From: Candidatus Woesebacteria bacterium GW2011_GWC1_42_9 | GTDB taxonomy: Bacteria > Patescibacteriota > Microgenomatia > UBA8517 | DNA: 64,000 bases | NCBI GenBank assembly: GCA_000995185.1 | Contig: LCET01000001.1 | Location: 29,327 to 93,326, forward strand | Direction of reading: 5' to 3' | In this document: positions 28,494 to 38,024 of the stretch, piece by piece | Numbering within the stretch: position 1 is the first letter of the stretch | Layout: every line of letters starts with the position of its first letter | The notes under the pieces: generated by a model | The model's database searches: none | What the model saw: only the letters and a program-made list of their open reading frames with translations | Told to the model about the DNA's origin: nothing | Position numbers and translations under genes: made by a program

Positions 28494-30093
28494 GAAATAT
28501 AATTTATTATTAGTTGGAATTTTTGCTTTGGGATTGGTGTTGCGGCTATATCAACTAGGGAATTATCCTGCATTAAATGCCGACGAGGCAGCGCTTGGGT
28601 ATAATGCATACTCTCTATTGGAGACCGGTAAAGATGAACATGGAAACAGTTGGCCTATTCATTTCCAGTCCTTTAATGATTATAAGCCGGGACTGACAGT
28701 ATATTTGATCCTGCCGTTTGTGAAATTATTTGGGTTAAATATTTGGTCAGTAAGAATATTCCCAATGTTTCTGAGCTCTCTCACCATTCTTGCAATATAT
28801 TACCTAGTACAAGAACTTTTTAGTAACAGGAGATTTTCATTATTATCGGCATTGTTTTTATCTATTAGTCCATGGCATATTCATTTCTCTCGTGGTGCCT
28901 GGGAAGTGAGCATTGCGACATTTTTTATGACCTTCGGAATGTGGTCTTTTCTCCGCGCCCGATCATCCCCAAAATTATATTTATTGAGCGTTTTGGTGTT
29001 TGCAGCGTCGTTATACACTTATCATTCCGCCCGTTTAGTTACCCCATTGTTAGGGTTGGGATTATTGGTTTTCCAATACAAAAATATGTTGAACGACAAG
29101 GCGATTATTGGGTTATCAATTGGACTGGGTATTATAGTCTTAACCCCACTAATATTGGATTTGATGGGTCCAGCAGGTATTTCGCGTGCCTCAGGCGTAG
29201 GAATTACAGCTGATATGGGCACAGTTTCCCGAATTAATGAACAAAGAGGAGAACACGCAAACCAAGATGGCTTGTGGACAAAAGCACTCCACAATAAATT
29301 AGTGAATTTTGGTTTAGTCTTTACTAAAAATTGGAGTGATCATTACTGGGGAGAGTTTTTATTTAATTCTGGTGATGAGATCCAAAGAAATAAAGTACCT
29401 GAAATGGGGCAAATGTATATATTTGACATTATTTTTATTTTGATAGGGTTTGCCGGAATTGTAAAATTAAAAGTCAAAAATAATTGGAAACTTGTCATTT
29501 GGTGGCTTATTGTTGCCCCAGTTGCCTCCGCTTTAACCTTTCAATCTCCTCATGCTCTTCGCGCACATAATATGGTTATTCCGATGGTTATTATTAGTGC
29601 TTACGGGTTTTCGGTAATGATGAATAGAATCCATAGAGTAGGATTAATTTTGTTTATTGTTTTGATTGTTTTGGGTGTTAGCCGTTATCTTCATTTGTAT
29701 TGGGTACATACCGCGAAAGCGTATCCATATTCTTCTCAATATGGTGTGAGTGAATTAGTCGGGTATTTATCGGGGAAGACTGGTGAGTACAAAAAGATAT
29801 TGGTTACAGACAGATATGATCAGCCGTATATATTGTTTCTATTTTATTCTAAATTTCCTCCAGAAAAGTTTCAGCAAGAACATGTATTAACTGATAGGGA
29901 CAGGTTTGGATTTTCGACTGTCAGGGAGTTTGGGAATTATCATTTTGAGAGAATAGATTTTGAAAAAATTAGGGGTAGTTCTTCGGATAGTCTAATAGTG
30001 GGGACCTCTAAGGAAATCCCGTCGGATGCGAATATAGTTAAAACGATAGCTTTCCCAAATGGGGAAGATGCCTTTAGAGTAGTTGAAAACTGA
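28486..30093 (+). CDS. GT-C glycosyltransferase, PMT_2/ArnT-like, tandem paralog 8 of 8
   Basis: 'NADEAALGYNAYSL..TGKDEHGNSWPIHFQSFNDYKPG'. The ATG at 28486 (MIKKYN) overlaps the upstream TAA. Confidence 0.7.
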   Translation: MIKKYNLLLVGIFALGLVLRLYQLGNYPALNADEAALGYNAYSLLETGKDEHGNSWPIHFQSFNDYKPGLTVYLILPFVKLFGLNIWSVRIFPMFLSSLTILAIYYLVQELFSNRRFSLLSALFLSISPWHIHFSRGAWEVSIATFFMTFGMWSFLRARSSPKLYLLSVLVFAASLYTYHSARLVTPLLGLGLLVFQYKNMLNDKAIIGLSIGLGIIVLTPLILDLMGPAGISRASGVGITADMGTVSRINEQRGEHANQDGLWTKALHNKLVNFGLVFTKNWSDHYWGEFLFNSGDEIQRNKVPEMGQMYIFDIIFILIGFAGIVKLKVKNNWKLVIWWLIVAPVASALTFQSPHALRAHNMVIPMVIISAYGFSVMMNRIHRVGLILFIVLIVLGVSRYLHLYWVHTAKAYPYSSQYGVSELVGYLSGKTGEYKKILVTDRYDQPYILFLFYSKFPPEKFQQEHVLTDRDRFGFSTVREFGNYHFERIDFEKIRGSSSDSLIVGTSKEIPSDANIVKTIAFPNGEDAFRVVEN

Positions 30094-30094
30094 T

Positions 30095-30952
30095 ATGAAA
30101 TTATCTGTAGTGTTAGCCACAAAAAATGAGGAGGAAAATATAGGGGATTGCTTGAGGTCAGTCAGAGGAATTGCGGATGAAATAATCATTTACGATGAAT
30201 ATTCCACAGATAAAACGCGTGAGATTGCCAAAAAATATGAGGCTCATGTATTTAAATGGAGGCATCAAAAAAATTTTCATGAAACAAAACAAAGGGCGCT
30301 TAGAAAAGCAAAAGGGGAATGGATCCTTCAGCTTGATGCCGACGAAAGGGTCGGTAAAAGTTTGTCAGATGAGATTTCAAGAATAATTAACCTAAACCAT
30401 AAACAAATCAGGTCTCGAGAAATACCGCGAGAAAAAAGAAGGTTATTTGAGAAGCATCAGAAGCTTGTTGAAGAAAGGGATGGAGGAATCGGTAAAGTAA
30501 CTGGCGAAGTCGTTGCTTTTTTCATTCCAAGAGTTAATTATTTTTTAGGCAAGCCTTTAATACACGCTGGTGTGTATCCTGATGGGGTGATACGTTTAGT
30601 TAAAAATGGTAAAGCACATTTTCCGGCAAAGTCTGTTCACGAGCAGATAGTTATTGATGGAGAAGTGGCATGGCTAATGGGAGATTTGGAACACCACGAT
30701 TCTCCAACCTTAAGTAGATATTTGTTTCGCTTGAATCGATATACCGACTTGAGAGCAAGTGATTTTGCGAATAGTAAATTACCAAAAAATATATTTTTCC
30801 TTCTTTTCTACTCGACACTAAAACCATTTTTTGTATTTTTGAAGTTATTTATTAGACATAGAGGATATAAAGATGGAATTAGAGGATTTTTATGGTCGAT
30901 GTTTTCATCAATGCATTATCCGATTGCTTATTATAAATATTGGAGCATATGA
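30095..30952 (+). CDS. family 2 glycosyltransferase (WaaE-like)
   Basis: 'KLSVVLATKNEEENIGDCLRSV..DEIIIYDEYSTDKT' and 'QLDADERV'. The ATG at 30095 sits just after the upstream TGA. The six-frame track used an upstream TTG. Confidence 0.75.
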   Translation: MKLSVVLATKNEEENIGDCLRSVRGIADEIIIYDEYSTDKTREIAKKYEAHVFKWRHQKNFHETKQRALRKAKGEWILQLDADERVGKSLSDEISRIINLNHKQIRSREIPREKRRLFEKHQKLVEERDGGIGKVTGEVVAFFIPRVNYFLGKPLIHAGVYPDGVIRLVKNGKAHFPAKSVHEQIVIDGEVAWLMGDLEHHDSPTLSRYLFRLNRYTDLRASDFANSKLPKNIFFLLFYSTLKPFFVFLKLFIRHRGYKDGIRGFLWSMFSSMHYPIAYYKYWSI

Positions 30953-32016
30953 GAGTAGCGGTAGATATTGCTCCGCTCTACGGCGGACATGCGGCGCGAG
31001 GAATGGGTGTGTATACAAAGAATTTGCTTGATTCCCTTCAGAGAATATCTAGCGACTTTAGGGTAGAGGTTGAGGGATTTCAGTTTTCTAAAGACAAAGG
31101 TAGGATTAAAAAGTATGATTTAGTTCACTATCCATATTTTGATTTATTCTATTTAAGTCTTCCATTTGTTAAATATACTAAGACTGTAGTAACAGTTCCC
31201 GACGTGATTCCTCTCCTTTACCCAAATCGGTATCCACCAGGAACTAGAGGAAAAATCAAACATTTTTTGCAAAAGAAATCTTTAAATGAATGTGAAGCAG
31301 TGATCACTTTATCTGAAACATCAAAAAAAGATATTGTGAGATATTTGGGAGTCCCAGAAGACAGGGTGTATCCAATCCATTTGGCTCCGGGATTTAACTT
31401 TGCAAAGCAGGATAGACAAGCACTAAGGATGGTCCGAAGTAAATATAAGTTGCCACAGCATTATGTATTATACGTTGGAGATGTTAATTATAATAAGAAT
31501 TTACTTCAATTGATTAAAGCAGTAAAAAGGACAAATATGGCCATTATTATTGTTGGCAAGCAAGCCTCGATCAATGAATTTGACAGAGATCATATAGAAA
31601 ATCTCTCTTTAAAAATATTGCAAGATAGATATAGGAAGGACAAAAACGTTATCAGGCTTGGATATCTAGAAGGAAGTGAATTTATGTCAATATGGCAGAT
31701 GGCAACTGTGTATTGTCAACCTTCGTTATATGAAGGATTTGGATTACCGATACTTGAAGCATTTCAAGTTGGCCTGCCTGTGGTTGCATCAAAAATACAA
31801 ACACACATTGAAATTGCAGGAGATGCGGCGGTATATTTTGACCCTAAAAATTCTAAAGACCTTGAAGAAAAATTAAGATTAATAACTAATAACAAAGTAC
31901 AGGATAAGAACGATGTTAATAAGGGCAAAAAATGTTTAGCAAAATACTCGTGGTTAAAAACCGCTAGGCAAACCATGGCAATATATCAAAAGGTAGTCAA
32001 TAATGAAAAAGAATGA
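30940..32016 (+). CDS. family 4 glycosyltransferase
   Basis: 'LYVGDVNYNKNL' linker and 'EGFGLPILEAFQVGLPVVAS' C-terminal GT4 signature. Confidence 0.8.
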   Translation: MEHMRVAVDIAPLYGGHAARGMGVYTKNLLDSLQRISSDFRVEVEGFQFSKDKGRIKKYDLVHYPYFDLFYLSLPFVKYTKTVVTVPDVIPLLYPNRYPPGTRGKIKHFLQKKSLNECEAVITLSETSKKDIVRYLGVPEDRVYPIHLAPGFNFAKQDRQALRMVRSKYKLPQHYVLYVGDVNYNKNLLQLIKAVKRTNMAIIIVGKQASINEFDRDHIENLSLKILQDRYRKDKNVIRLGYLEGSEFMSIWQMATVYCQPSLYEGFGLPILEAFQVGLPVVASKIQTHIEIAGDAAVYFDPKNSKDLEEKLRLITNNKVQDKNDVNKGKKCLAKYSWLKTARQTMAIYQKVVNNEKE

Positions 32017-33151
32017 TTTTTGGTATTTGATAACGATGTTTACTCTTTGGAGGGTTTATCTTTTTCTTGTGGCGTTATCTGCGACAAAAATGATTCCGTT
32101 GCAACAAAATTTTCTTGGCGGGGGGATGAGCAATTATCAATCAGCCCCTTGGATTTGGGGATGGGCGAACTTTGATGGAGAACATTTTTTGTCAATTGCC
32201 CGGTATGGGTATAAACCTCTTCAGTTTTTTTACTTTCCGGTTTATCCGCTTGTTGTAAGGAAAATTTCTTATTTTCTTGGGTCGGGGGTTGATGGTTTTC
32301 TTTTTTCTGGGATTTTGTCGTCTAATCTTGCCTTTTTCTTGGGATTAATTGGATTTTGGAAATTGATTGAAATAGATTACGGAAAAAATATCACTCGATT
32401 GTCAGTGTTGCTTCTATTGATTTTTCCCACTTCATTTTATTTCGGAAGTTTTTATTCGGAGGCGTTATTTTTGTGTTTATCGGTTTGGGCCTTTTATTTT
32501 GCTCGAAAGAAAAAGTGGTTTGTGGCGGTAGTGCTAGCAAGCATTGCATCGGCAACTAGGGTGATAGGAATAATTCTTTTGCCTGCATTGGCTTGGGAAA
32601 TGTTGAGTCAAAACAAAAGCACCGGAAAAATTATAAATTGCAAACTTCTATTTTTGTTAATTATCCCAGTAGGTCTACTCATTTATATGAGATATTTGTA
32701 TTTTCGCACAGGTGATTATTTGGAGTTTTTACATTCCGTTGAAATTTTTGGATCCCAACGATCCTCGAGTTTTATAGTATTGCCGCAAGTTTTTTATCGT
32801 TATTTTTTTAAGATACTTCCCAGCTTGAATCATTCTATTTCCCCAGTTATTTTTACTACATATTTAGAGCTTTTTTCTGCTATATTTTTTTTGACTTTGT
32901 GTGTCTTGGGATGGTGGAAGATTCGGAGAAGCTACTGGCTATTTATGGCGAGTGGCTATTTATTACCCACTTTATCTGGTAGTTTTTCATCAATGCCTAG
33001 ATATGTTTCAGTCCTTTTCCCTGGATTTATATTATTAGCGCAATACAATTGTAGAATACCTTTATTAATGCAAAAACTATTAATTATTTTATTACTGGTT
33101 GGTCTAGCTATAACATCGGGATTATTTATTAGAGGATATTGGATTGCATAA
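32003..33151 (+). CDS. GT-C-like membrane mannosyltransferase-type protein (PIG-V/DUF2029-like)
   Basis: 382 aa with about 9 TM segments. The first-loop segment 'WANFDGEHFLSIARYGYKP' is reminiscent of PIG-V-type GT-C mannosyltransferases that are frequently annotated in CPR genomes. Confidence 0.45.
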   Translation: MKKNDFWYLITMFTLWRVYLFLVALSATKMIPLQQNFLGGGMSNYQSAPWIWGWANFDGEHFLSIARYGYKPLQFFYFPVYPLVVRKISYFLGSGVDGFLFSGILSSNLAFFLGLIGFWKLIEIDYGKNITRLSVLLLLIFPTSFYFGSFYSEALFLCLSVWAFYFARKKKWFVAVVLASIASATRVIGIILLPALAWEMLSQNKSTGKIINCKLLFLLIIPVGLLIYMRYLYFRTGDYLEFLHSVEIFGSQRSSSFIVLPQVFYRYFFKILPSLNHSISPVIFTTYLELFSAIFFLTLCVLGWWKIRRSYWLFMASGYLLPTLSGSFSSMPRYVSVLFPGFILLAQYNCRIPLLMQKLLIILLLVGLAITSGLFIRGYWIA

Positions 33152-33154
33152 CTC

Positions 33155-34420
33155 ATGAAATTAAAAAAAATATTAAATAACAATTCGTTGTTGGCCGGCA
33201 GCGCGGTCATGATTTTTGGCAGCCTTGGTGTTAACGCGATTAATTATTTTTACCACATTGTTATGGGGAGGTTGCTTGGTCCAGCCGATTATGGGGAGTT
33301 AATAAGTTTGTATGCGATTTTGTACATAATTAGTGTTGCCCCTATGTCAACAAGTTATGCAATAGTGAAAGAAATTTCCCGCGCAAAAAACAAAAAAGAA
33401 CGGTCAATTGTGTATTATTCACTAAGGAGATATCTTTGGCGATTCGCTATTGCGTCCTCTATTTTTTTTGTTTTTATGTCGCCGATAATCGCCCATTTTT
33501 TGCATATCGAAGGAGTTTTTTCAACCGCGACCGTTGGTTTTACTCTCTTTTTTATGTTAGTTTTACTTGAGGATCAGGCAGCACTTCAAGGGACGCTTAA
33601 TTTTTTTGGGGTAGTGGCATCTAATCTTGCCAGTAGTCTTATTAAGTTAATATTTGGGGTGATCTTCATAGTTTTGGGGTTATCGGTCCCTGGTGCCATG
33701 ATGGCAATTCTTTTAGCAGTAGTTGCCTCTTATTGTGTGGCTTCTCTCATGGTCAGGGGAGTTATTAGTACACGACCACCGAAAAAAGAAATTCCCCTTG
33801 CACCTTTTTTGAAATTTGCCTTTCCCGTTTTATTGCAAGCTCTAGCCTTTGTGTCGTTGATGTCCACTGATATCATTCTTGTTAAACATTTTTTATCTCC
33901 GAAAGATGCTGGGCTTTATGGAGCTCTCTCGACATTAGGCAAAATAATTTATTTTGCTGCACAACCAGTCACCGCTGTGATGTTCCCCTTAGTTTCTGGT
34001 AGAAAGTCAAGAGGAGAGCATTACCGTCATATATTTTACGCGTCTTTTGTCTTGACCTTACTAATTTCATCGTGTGTGGTGTTTATATATTATCTCATCC
34101 CTCATGTCGCCATAGGAATATTGTATGGCGGGGAATATTTGGAAGCTAAGTCGGAATTAGTCTGGATGGGCCTGTTTATAACTTTTTATACAGCCTCTTA
34201 TTTGGTTGTTAACTTTCTATTATCTATCAATAGAGTAAAGATAGTTATCCTGCCTCTAGTCGCCTCGATTGCACAAATCGTAATGATTTGGAGTTATCAC
34301 GTTAACCTGTTGGCTGTTATAAAGTCATCGTTGACAATTTCTATTCTATTGTTTTTAAGTTTAGGTTTTTACCTTGCTAATTATCAGTTTAGACTCATGT
34401 ATGCCAACAAAAAATCTTAA
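33155..34420 (+). CDS. Wzx-like oligosaccharide flippase (polysaccharide biosynthesis protein, MOP superfamily)
   Basis: 421 aa with about 12-14 TM segments. N-terminal 'LAGSAVMIFGSLGVNAINYFYHIVMGRLLGPADYGEL' is typical of the Wzx/Polysacc_synt family. Confidence 0.65.
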   Translation: MKLKKILNNNSLLAGSAVMIFGSLGVNAINYFYHIVMGRLLGPADYGELISLYAILYIISVAPMSTSYAIVKEISRAKNKKERSIVYYSLRRYLWRFAIASSIFFVFMSPIIAHFLHIEGVFSTATVGFTLFFMLVLLEDQAALQGTLNFFGVVASNLASSLIKLIFGVIFIVLGLSVPGAMMAILLAVVASYCVASLMVRGVISTRPPKKEIPLAPFLKFAFPVLLQALAFVSLMSTDIILVKHFLSPKDAGLYGALSTLGKIIYFAAQPVTAVMFPLVSGRKSRGEHYRHIFYASFVLTLLISSCVVFIYYLIPHVAIGILYGGEYLEAKSELVWMGLFITFYTASYLVVNFLLSINRVKIVILPLVASIAQIVMIWSYHVNLLAVIKSSLTISILLFLSLGFYLANYQFRLMYANKKS

Positions 34421-35159
34421 GACACTTTCGGTAATAATTCCCGCCTATAAAGAAGCAAAGACAATTCGGCGGGACCTTAATAATATTGAGAGGACTCTCA
34501 AAGGAGGTCTAAGTGGAAACTTTCACTATGAAATAATTTGTATTGTGGACGGAGAAGTAGATGATACGTGTAGGGAAGCAAAAAAAGTGTCATCTCCGAG
34601 TGTAAAAATATATTCCTACAAAATTAATAGGGGAAAAGGTTATGCTGTCCGTTTTGGGATGAAAAAAGCTAAGGGAGAATTAATTTCGTTTTTAGATGCT
34701 GGGCGCGATATAAAGCCGGCTGGCATAATGATGCTTTTGGCTCATATGGAGTGGTATGGAGCGGACGTGATAGTGGGATCAAAAAGACACCCAGTTTCTA
34801 AATTAAATTACCCGTGGTTTCGACAAATATTGAGTATTGGCTACCAAGTTGGAATTCGAATATTGTTTAATCTTAATCTTCGCGATACCCAAAGTGGAAT
34901 AAAGATATATAAGCGGAAAGTTATTAAAAAAATATTACCGAAACTAAAGGTTGATCGTTTTGCTATGGATATTGAGATGCTTGCTTTGGCTAGACATTAT
35001 GGTTTTAAACGAATTTATGAGGCTCCAATAGAAGTTAATTTTAATAAAGCTAGTAAGATCCAGTATCTACCTATAACGAACCCAAATTCTCCGGTGCGGA
35101 TGGCATGGGATACATTAATTGTTTTTTGGGAGTTGAAGGTATTAGGGAAATATAATTAA
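34401..35159 (+). CDS. polyprenol-phosphate sugar synthase, GT2 (DPM1/GtrB/CsbB-like)
   Basis: 'LSVIIPAYKEAKTI' N-terminus, 'FLDAGRDIKP' (DxD-like) and 'RDTQSGIKIYKR', typical of dolichol-/undecaprenol-phosphate glycosyltransferases. Confidence 0.7.
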   Translation: MPTKNLKTLSVIIPAYKEAKTIRRDLNNIERTLKGGLSGNFHYEIICIVDGEVDDTCREAKKVSSPSVKIYSYKINRGKGYAVRFGMKKAKGELISFLDAGRDIKPAGIMMLLAHMEWYGADVIVGSKRHPVSKLNYPWFRQILSIGYQVGIRILFNLNLRDTQSGIKIYKRKVIKKILPKLKVDRFAMDIEMLALARHYGFKRIYEAPIEVNFNKASKIQYLPITNPNSPVRMAWDTLIVFWELKVLGKYN

Positions 35160-35174
35160 ACTTGTTTACTGTCC

Positions 35175-35597
35175 ATGGGATACGATTTATTTATTGATGA
35201 GATTCTGCACGGAGTGGTGGCGCTTCCGTTTGCAGTATTTATTTTTTATAAAACCAAAAATTGGAAATTGCCCTTGATCACTCTTTTTGCTATATATGCA
35301 ATTGATACGGACCATATTTTGGATTTTTGGAGATTTAGGGCGTTTAGCATAGATGTGGGATTATTTTTCCAGCTTGATTATTTTGACCAAACAGGAAAGG
35401 CATTAGTGTTATTTCATGCTTGGGAGTGGCTACTGATAATGGCATATTTTTCGATTAAGAAAGGCTGGAATTATTGGCTTACGGCAGTTAGCTTGGGGAT
35501 ATTTGCGCATTTATTGTGGGATTCCCATACTGTGGGGAGTATTATGTTTTACTCTTTTATTTATCGGGCTTCGACAGGTTTTTCCATTCCGTTTTGA
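35175..35597 (+). CDS. small 4-TM membrane protein (candidate GtrA-like lipid-linked-sugar flippase)
   Basis: 140 aa with about 4 hydrophobic helices, immediately downstream of the DPM1/GtrB-like gene. This position and size class match GtrA in gtrABV operons. I recognise no sequence motif. Confidence 0.3.
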   Translation: MGYDLFIDEILHGVVALPFAVFIFYKTKNWKLPLITLFAIYAIDTDHILDFWRFRAFSIDVGLFFQLDYFDQTGKALVLFHAWEWLLIMAYFSIKKGWNYWLTAVSLGIFAHLLWDSHTVGSIMFYSFIYRASTGFSIPF

Positions 35598-35614
35598 TAT
35601 ACTCTGTATTTAGT

Positions 35615-36742
35615 ATGGATATTTTAGTTATGTCTTGGCGCGACCCGAAACATCCCCAGGCAGGCGGGGCGGAGCAGGTGATGCATGAGCACATGAAGGG
35701 GTGGATCGAAGCTGGTCACGAGGTGACCCTTTTTTCTTCAAAGATTCATGGTCAGCCCAAAAGAGAAGAGCTAGATGGGATAAAAATTGTGAGGTCCGGC
35801 CATCAGTATCTTGGCGTTCAAATATCTGGATTTATTTATTGGATAAAAAATTGTAAGAAGTACAGCTTGGTGGTTGATCAATTTCATGGTATTCCCTTTT
35901 TTACACCTCTTTATGTTAGTAAGCCAAAATTGGCTGTTTTACAGGAGGTTGCCCGTGAGGTTTGGTTCACAAATCCGATGCCTTGGCCATTTAATTGGAT
36001 TATTGGCGTAATTGGTTATTTGAGTGAGTTTTTTATTTTTCAGTTGTACCGGGCTACTCCTTTTATGGTTGGCAGTAGTTCTGCCAAGAAGGATCTTGAG
36101 AGGATGGGTATCCCTGCCAAGAAAATTATCATTATCCCCCACGGAGTAATTATTAGACGGCCAAAGTTGATGCCAAAAAAAGAAACTCAGCCAACAGTTA
36201 TCTTTTTAGGAGCTTTGACAAAGGATAAAGGGGTAGAAGATGCGATAAAATGTTTTGCTATTTTAGCAAGGGATAGTAATTATTGCTTTTGGATTGTTGG
36301 TAGGGCAGAGGATAGATTATATCTTCTCAGATTAAGGAGGATTGTAGGTAAATTAAACTTGAAAAATCGTGTAAAATTTTGGGGATTTGTAGGGCAAGAA
36401 AGAAAATTTGAACTTTTAGCTAGAGCACACGTTATGGTTAACCCTTCTATGCGAGAAGGATGGGGGTTAGTTAATATTGAGGCAAATGCTATGGGGACGC
36501 CTGTTGTCGGCTACCACTCATCTGGATTGGTTGATTCAATCCGGAACGGAGAGACTGGCGTTGTCATCAAAAAAAATTTGCCAGAGGAACTGGCAGTGGC
36601 AGTATCCACTCTTTTGGACAATACTGAAAGATTAGACGAACTCCGAAGAGGTGCTATTTCTTGGAGTAGGGGGTTTAGTTGGATAAAGTCAAAGGAAATA
36701 AGCATTAATTATCTTAAAAAGGTACAAAATGGCCAGGTCTAA
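35615..36742 (+). CDS. family 4 glycosyltransferase
   Basis: 'MDILVMSWRDPKHPQAGGAEQVMHEH' N-terminus and 'EGWGLVNIEANAMGTPVVG' C-terminal motif. I prefer the ATG at 35615 to the long upstream extension. Confidence 0.8.
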   Translation: MDILVMSWRDPKHPQAGGAEQVMHEHMKGWIEAGHEVTLFSSKIHGQPKREELDGIKIVRSGHQYLGVQISGFIYWIKNCKKYSLVVDQFHGIPFFTPLYVSKPKLAVLQEVAREVWFTNPMPWPFNWIIGVIGYLSEFFIFQLYRATPFMVGSSSAKKDLERMGIPAKKIIIIPHGVIIRRPKLMPKKETQPTVIFLGALTKDKGVEDAIKCFAILARDSNYCFWIVGRAEDRLYLLRLRRIVGKLNLKNRVKFWGFVGQERKFELLARAHVMVNPSMREGWGLVNIEANAMGTPVVGYHSSGLVDSIRNGETGVVIKKNLPEELAVAVSTLLDNTERLDELRRGAISWSRGFSWIKSKEISINYLKKVQNGQV

Positions 36743-37373
36743 ACAATACCAACAATCAAAAAAGTGGGAAAGAGCTTGTTTGGATACAAGGCGGAGCTTG
36801 GGATCCAGAAAAAAAAGACTTGCAAAGTTTCGGATTTCCTCTGGGTTAAAAGTTCTTGACTTGGGATGCGGTGATGGCTTGAATACCAATATTTTATTCG
36901 AGCAGACAAGAAATATAGTTGGGGTAGATATCTCTGGGGATCTAATAAAAATTGCTAGAATGAAAAATCCTCGAGTCAAATTTTATATTGGTACAGCCGA
37001 GAAAATACCTTTAAGGGCTAATCAATTTGACGTCGTATTGGTAGATTCCGTTTTTCATCATATTTTGGATTACAAAAAAGCTGTTGGCGAAATTAAAAGA
37101 GTTTTGATTAGTGGAGGGGTCTTATGTTTCATCGAGCCTGATAATTCTCTAATCAGGAGATTTATTGATTACCTATGTACATTAAAAGTAAGTAAGTATA
37201 TGCCTATTTTAAATAAAAGAAGAATAACTTATTTAGAAGAGAAAGATCTCATGGAACATTGGCTTGGCACTAAGAATGAGTTTTTGAACGTTCTTAAAAA
37301 ATATAATTTTAGAAAGATTTTCCTTAATAACGATTTTCTGAGTATTATCGGAAAATATAAAGTTAAAAAATAG
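36729..37373 (+). CDS. class I SAM-dependent methyltransferase
   Basis: 'VLDLGCGDGLNT' motif I and 'VLVDSVFHHI'. Confidence 0.75.
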   Translation: MARSKQYQQSKKWERACLDTRRSLGSRKKRLAKFRISSGLKVLDLGCGDGLNTNILFEQTRNIVGVDISGDLIKIARMKNPRVKFYIGTAEKIPLRANQFDVVLVDSVFHHILDYKKAVGEIKRVLISGGVLCFIEPDNSLIRRFIDYLCTLKVSKYMPILNKRRITYLEEKDLMEHWLGTKNEFLNVLKKYNFRKIFLNNDFLSIIGKYKVKK

Positions 37374-37383
37374 CTTTTGCCCC

Positions 37384-37412
37384 TTGATTTTCTAATATCT
37401 GAGAATGATAAT
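37384..37412 (+). promoter_or_regulatory. candidate sigma70-like promoter (TTGATT, 17 nt spacer, TGATAAT) giving a near-leaderless transcript for the downstream ORF
   Basis: TTGATT at 37384-37389 and GATAAT at 37407-37412, preceded by TG, with a 17 nt spacer. The predicted TSS falls 3-4 nt before the ATG at 37423. In AT-rich DNA this could be chance. Confidence 0.25.
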
Positions 37413-37971
37413 CAATGGAGCGATGTTTAGCCGTATTCATAAAATAATTATAATCTTTCTCTTTTTTGCTTTCTCATTTATTGCCTTGGGTGCGGGGTTA
37501 GCGGGAGCAAAGGGAGAGGCAGTCGAAGAGCCCAAAGTTACTAACGTTAATTCGTATGAACTTTTTTGGCCGTTGGTGGCGGGCAAAACTAAAGGAGAGT
37601 CGCTCTATTCGTTGAAGCTTTTTAAAGAGAAGGCGCGGGGGGCACTAATTTTTGGTGCTTTTAAGAAAGTTGATTACGAGGTCTTTCTGGCCACAAAAAG
37701 AGTAATTGAGGCAGAGAAGTTGCTTAACTCTGGGAAACAAGACTTAGCAAATGAGTCTCTCAATTTGGCCGCAGTCCATCTAGAAAATGCACAAAAGAAG
37801 ATGGAGGACATGGGAAATGAATATAAAGTCAAAGCTAAGGTCGATGAGGTCAATAATAAACTTAATAATTTGGAAACATTCTTATCTTGGTTGACGCCTC
37901 AATATGAGGTCTCCTCCGATGAGATTAAGGAGGTTCTTGTTAGGGTTCAAGATCTTAACCAAAAGATCTAG
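37405..37971 (+). CDS. secreted or membrane-anchored hypothetical protein (coiled-coil rich)
   Basis: An N-terminal hydrophobic signal/anchor 'IIIIFLFFAFSFIALGAGLAGA' is followed by a charged, helix-forming sequence. No known domain. The start may be the ATG at 37423. Confidence 0.5.
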   Translation: MIINGAMFSRIHKIIIIFLFFAFSFIALGAGLAGAKGEAVEEPKVTNVNSYELFWPLVAGKTKGESLYSLKLFKEKARGALIFGAFKKVDYEVFLATKRVIEAEKLLNSGKQDLANESLNLAAVHLENAQKKMEDMGNEYKVKAKVDEVNNKLNNLETFLSWLTPQYEVSSDEIKEVLVRVQDLNQKI

Positions 37972-38010
37972 CCTATATATTTGAGGTATCAACAAGCTTC
38001 ACATGATCCC

Positions 38011-38019
38011 TGATATAAT
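38011..38019 (+). promoter_or_regulatory. candidate extended -10 element (TGATATAAT) 8 nt upstream of the ATG at 38028
   Basis: An exact TGnTATAAT match lies in the 53 nt intergenic gap before the GT-C/discoidin gene. There is no convincing -35. Confidence 0.2.
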
Positions 38020-38024
38020 CACAA

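Noticed and set aside
13511-30093. Possibility that the paralog array is a recent tandem amplification or an assembly artefact
   Set aside because: The paralogs differ throughout at the protein level, at roughly 30-40% identity by eye. Their DNA sequences are not repetitive. The duplication is therefore ancient and not an assembly collapse or expansion.
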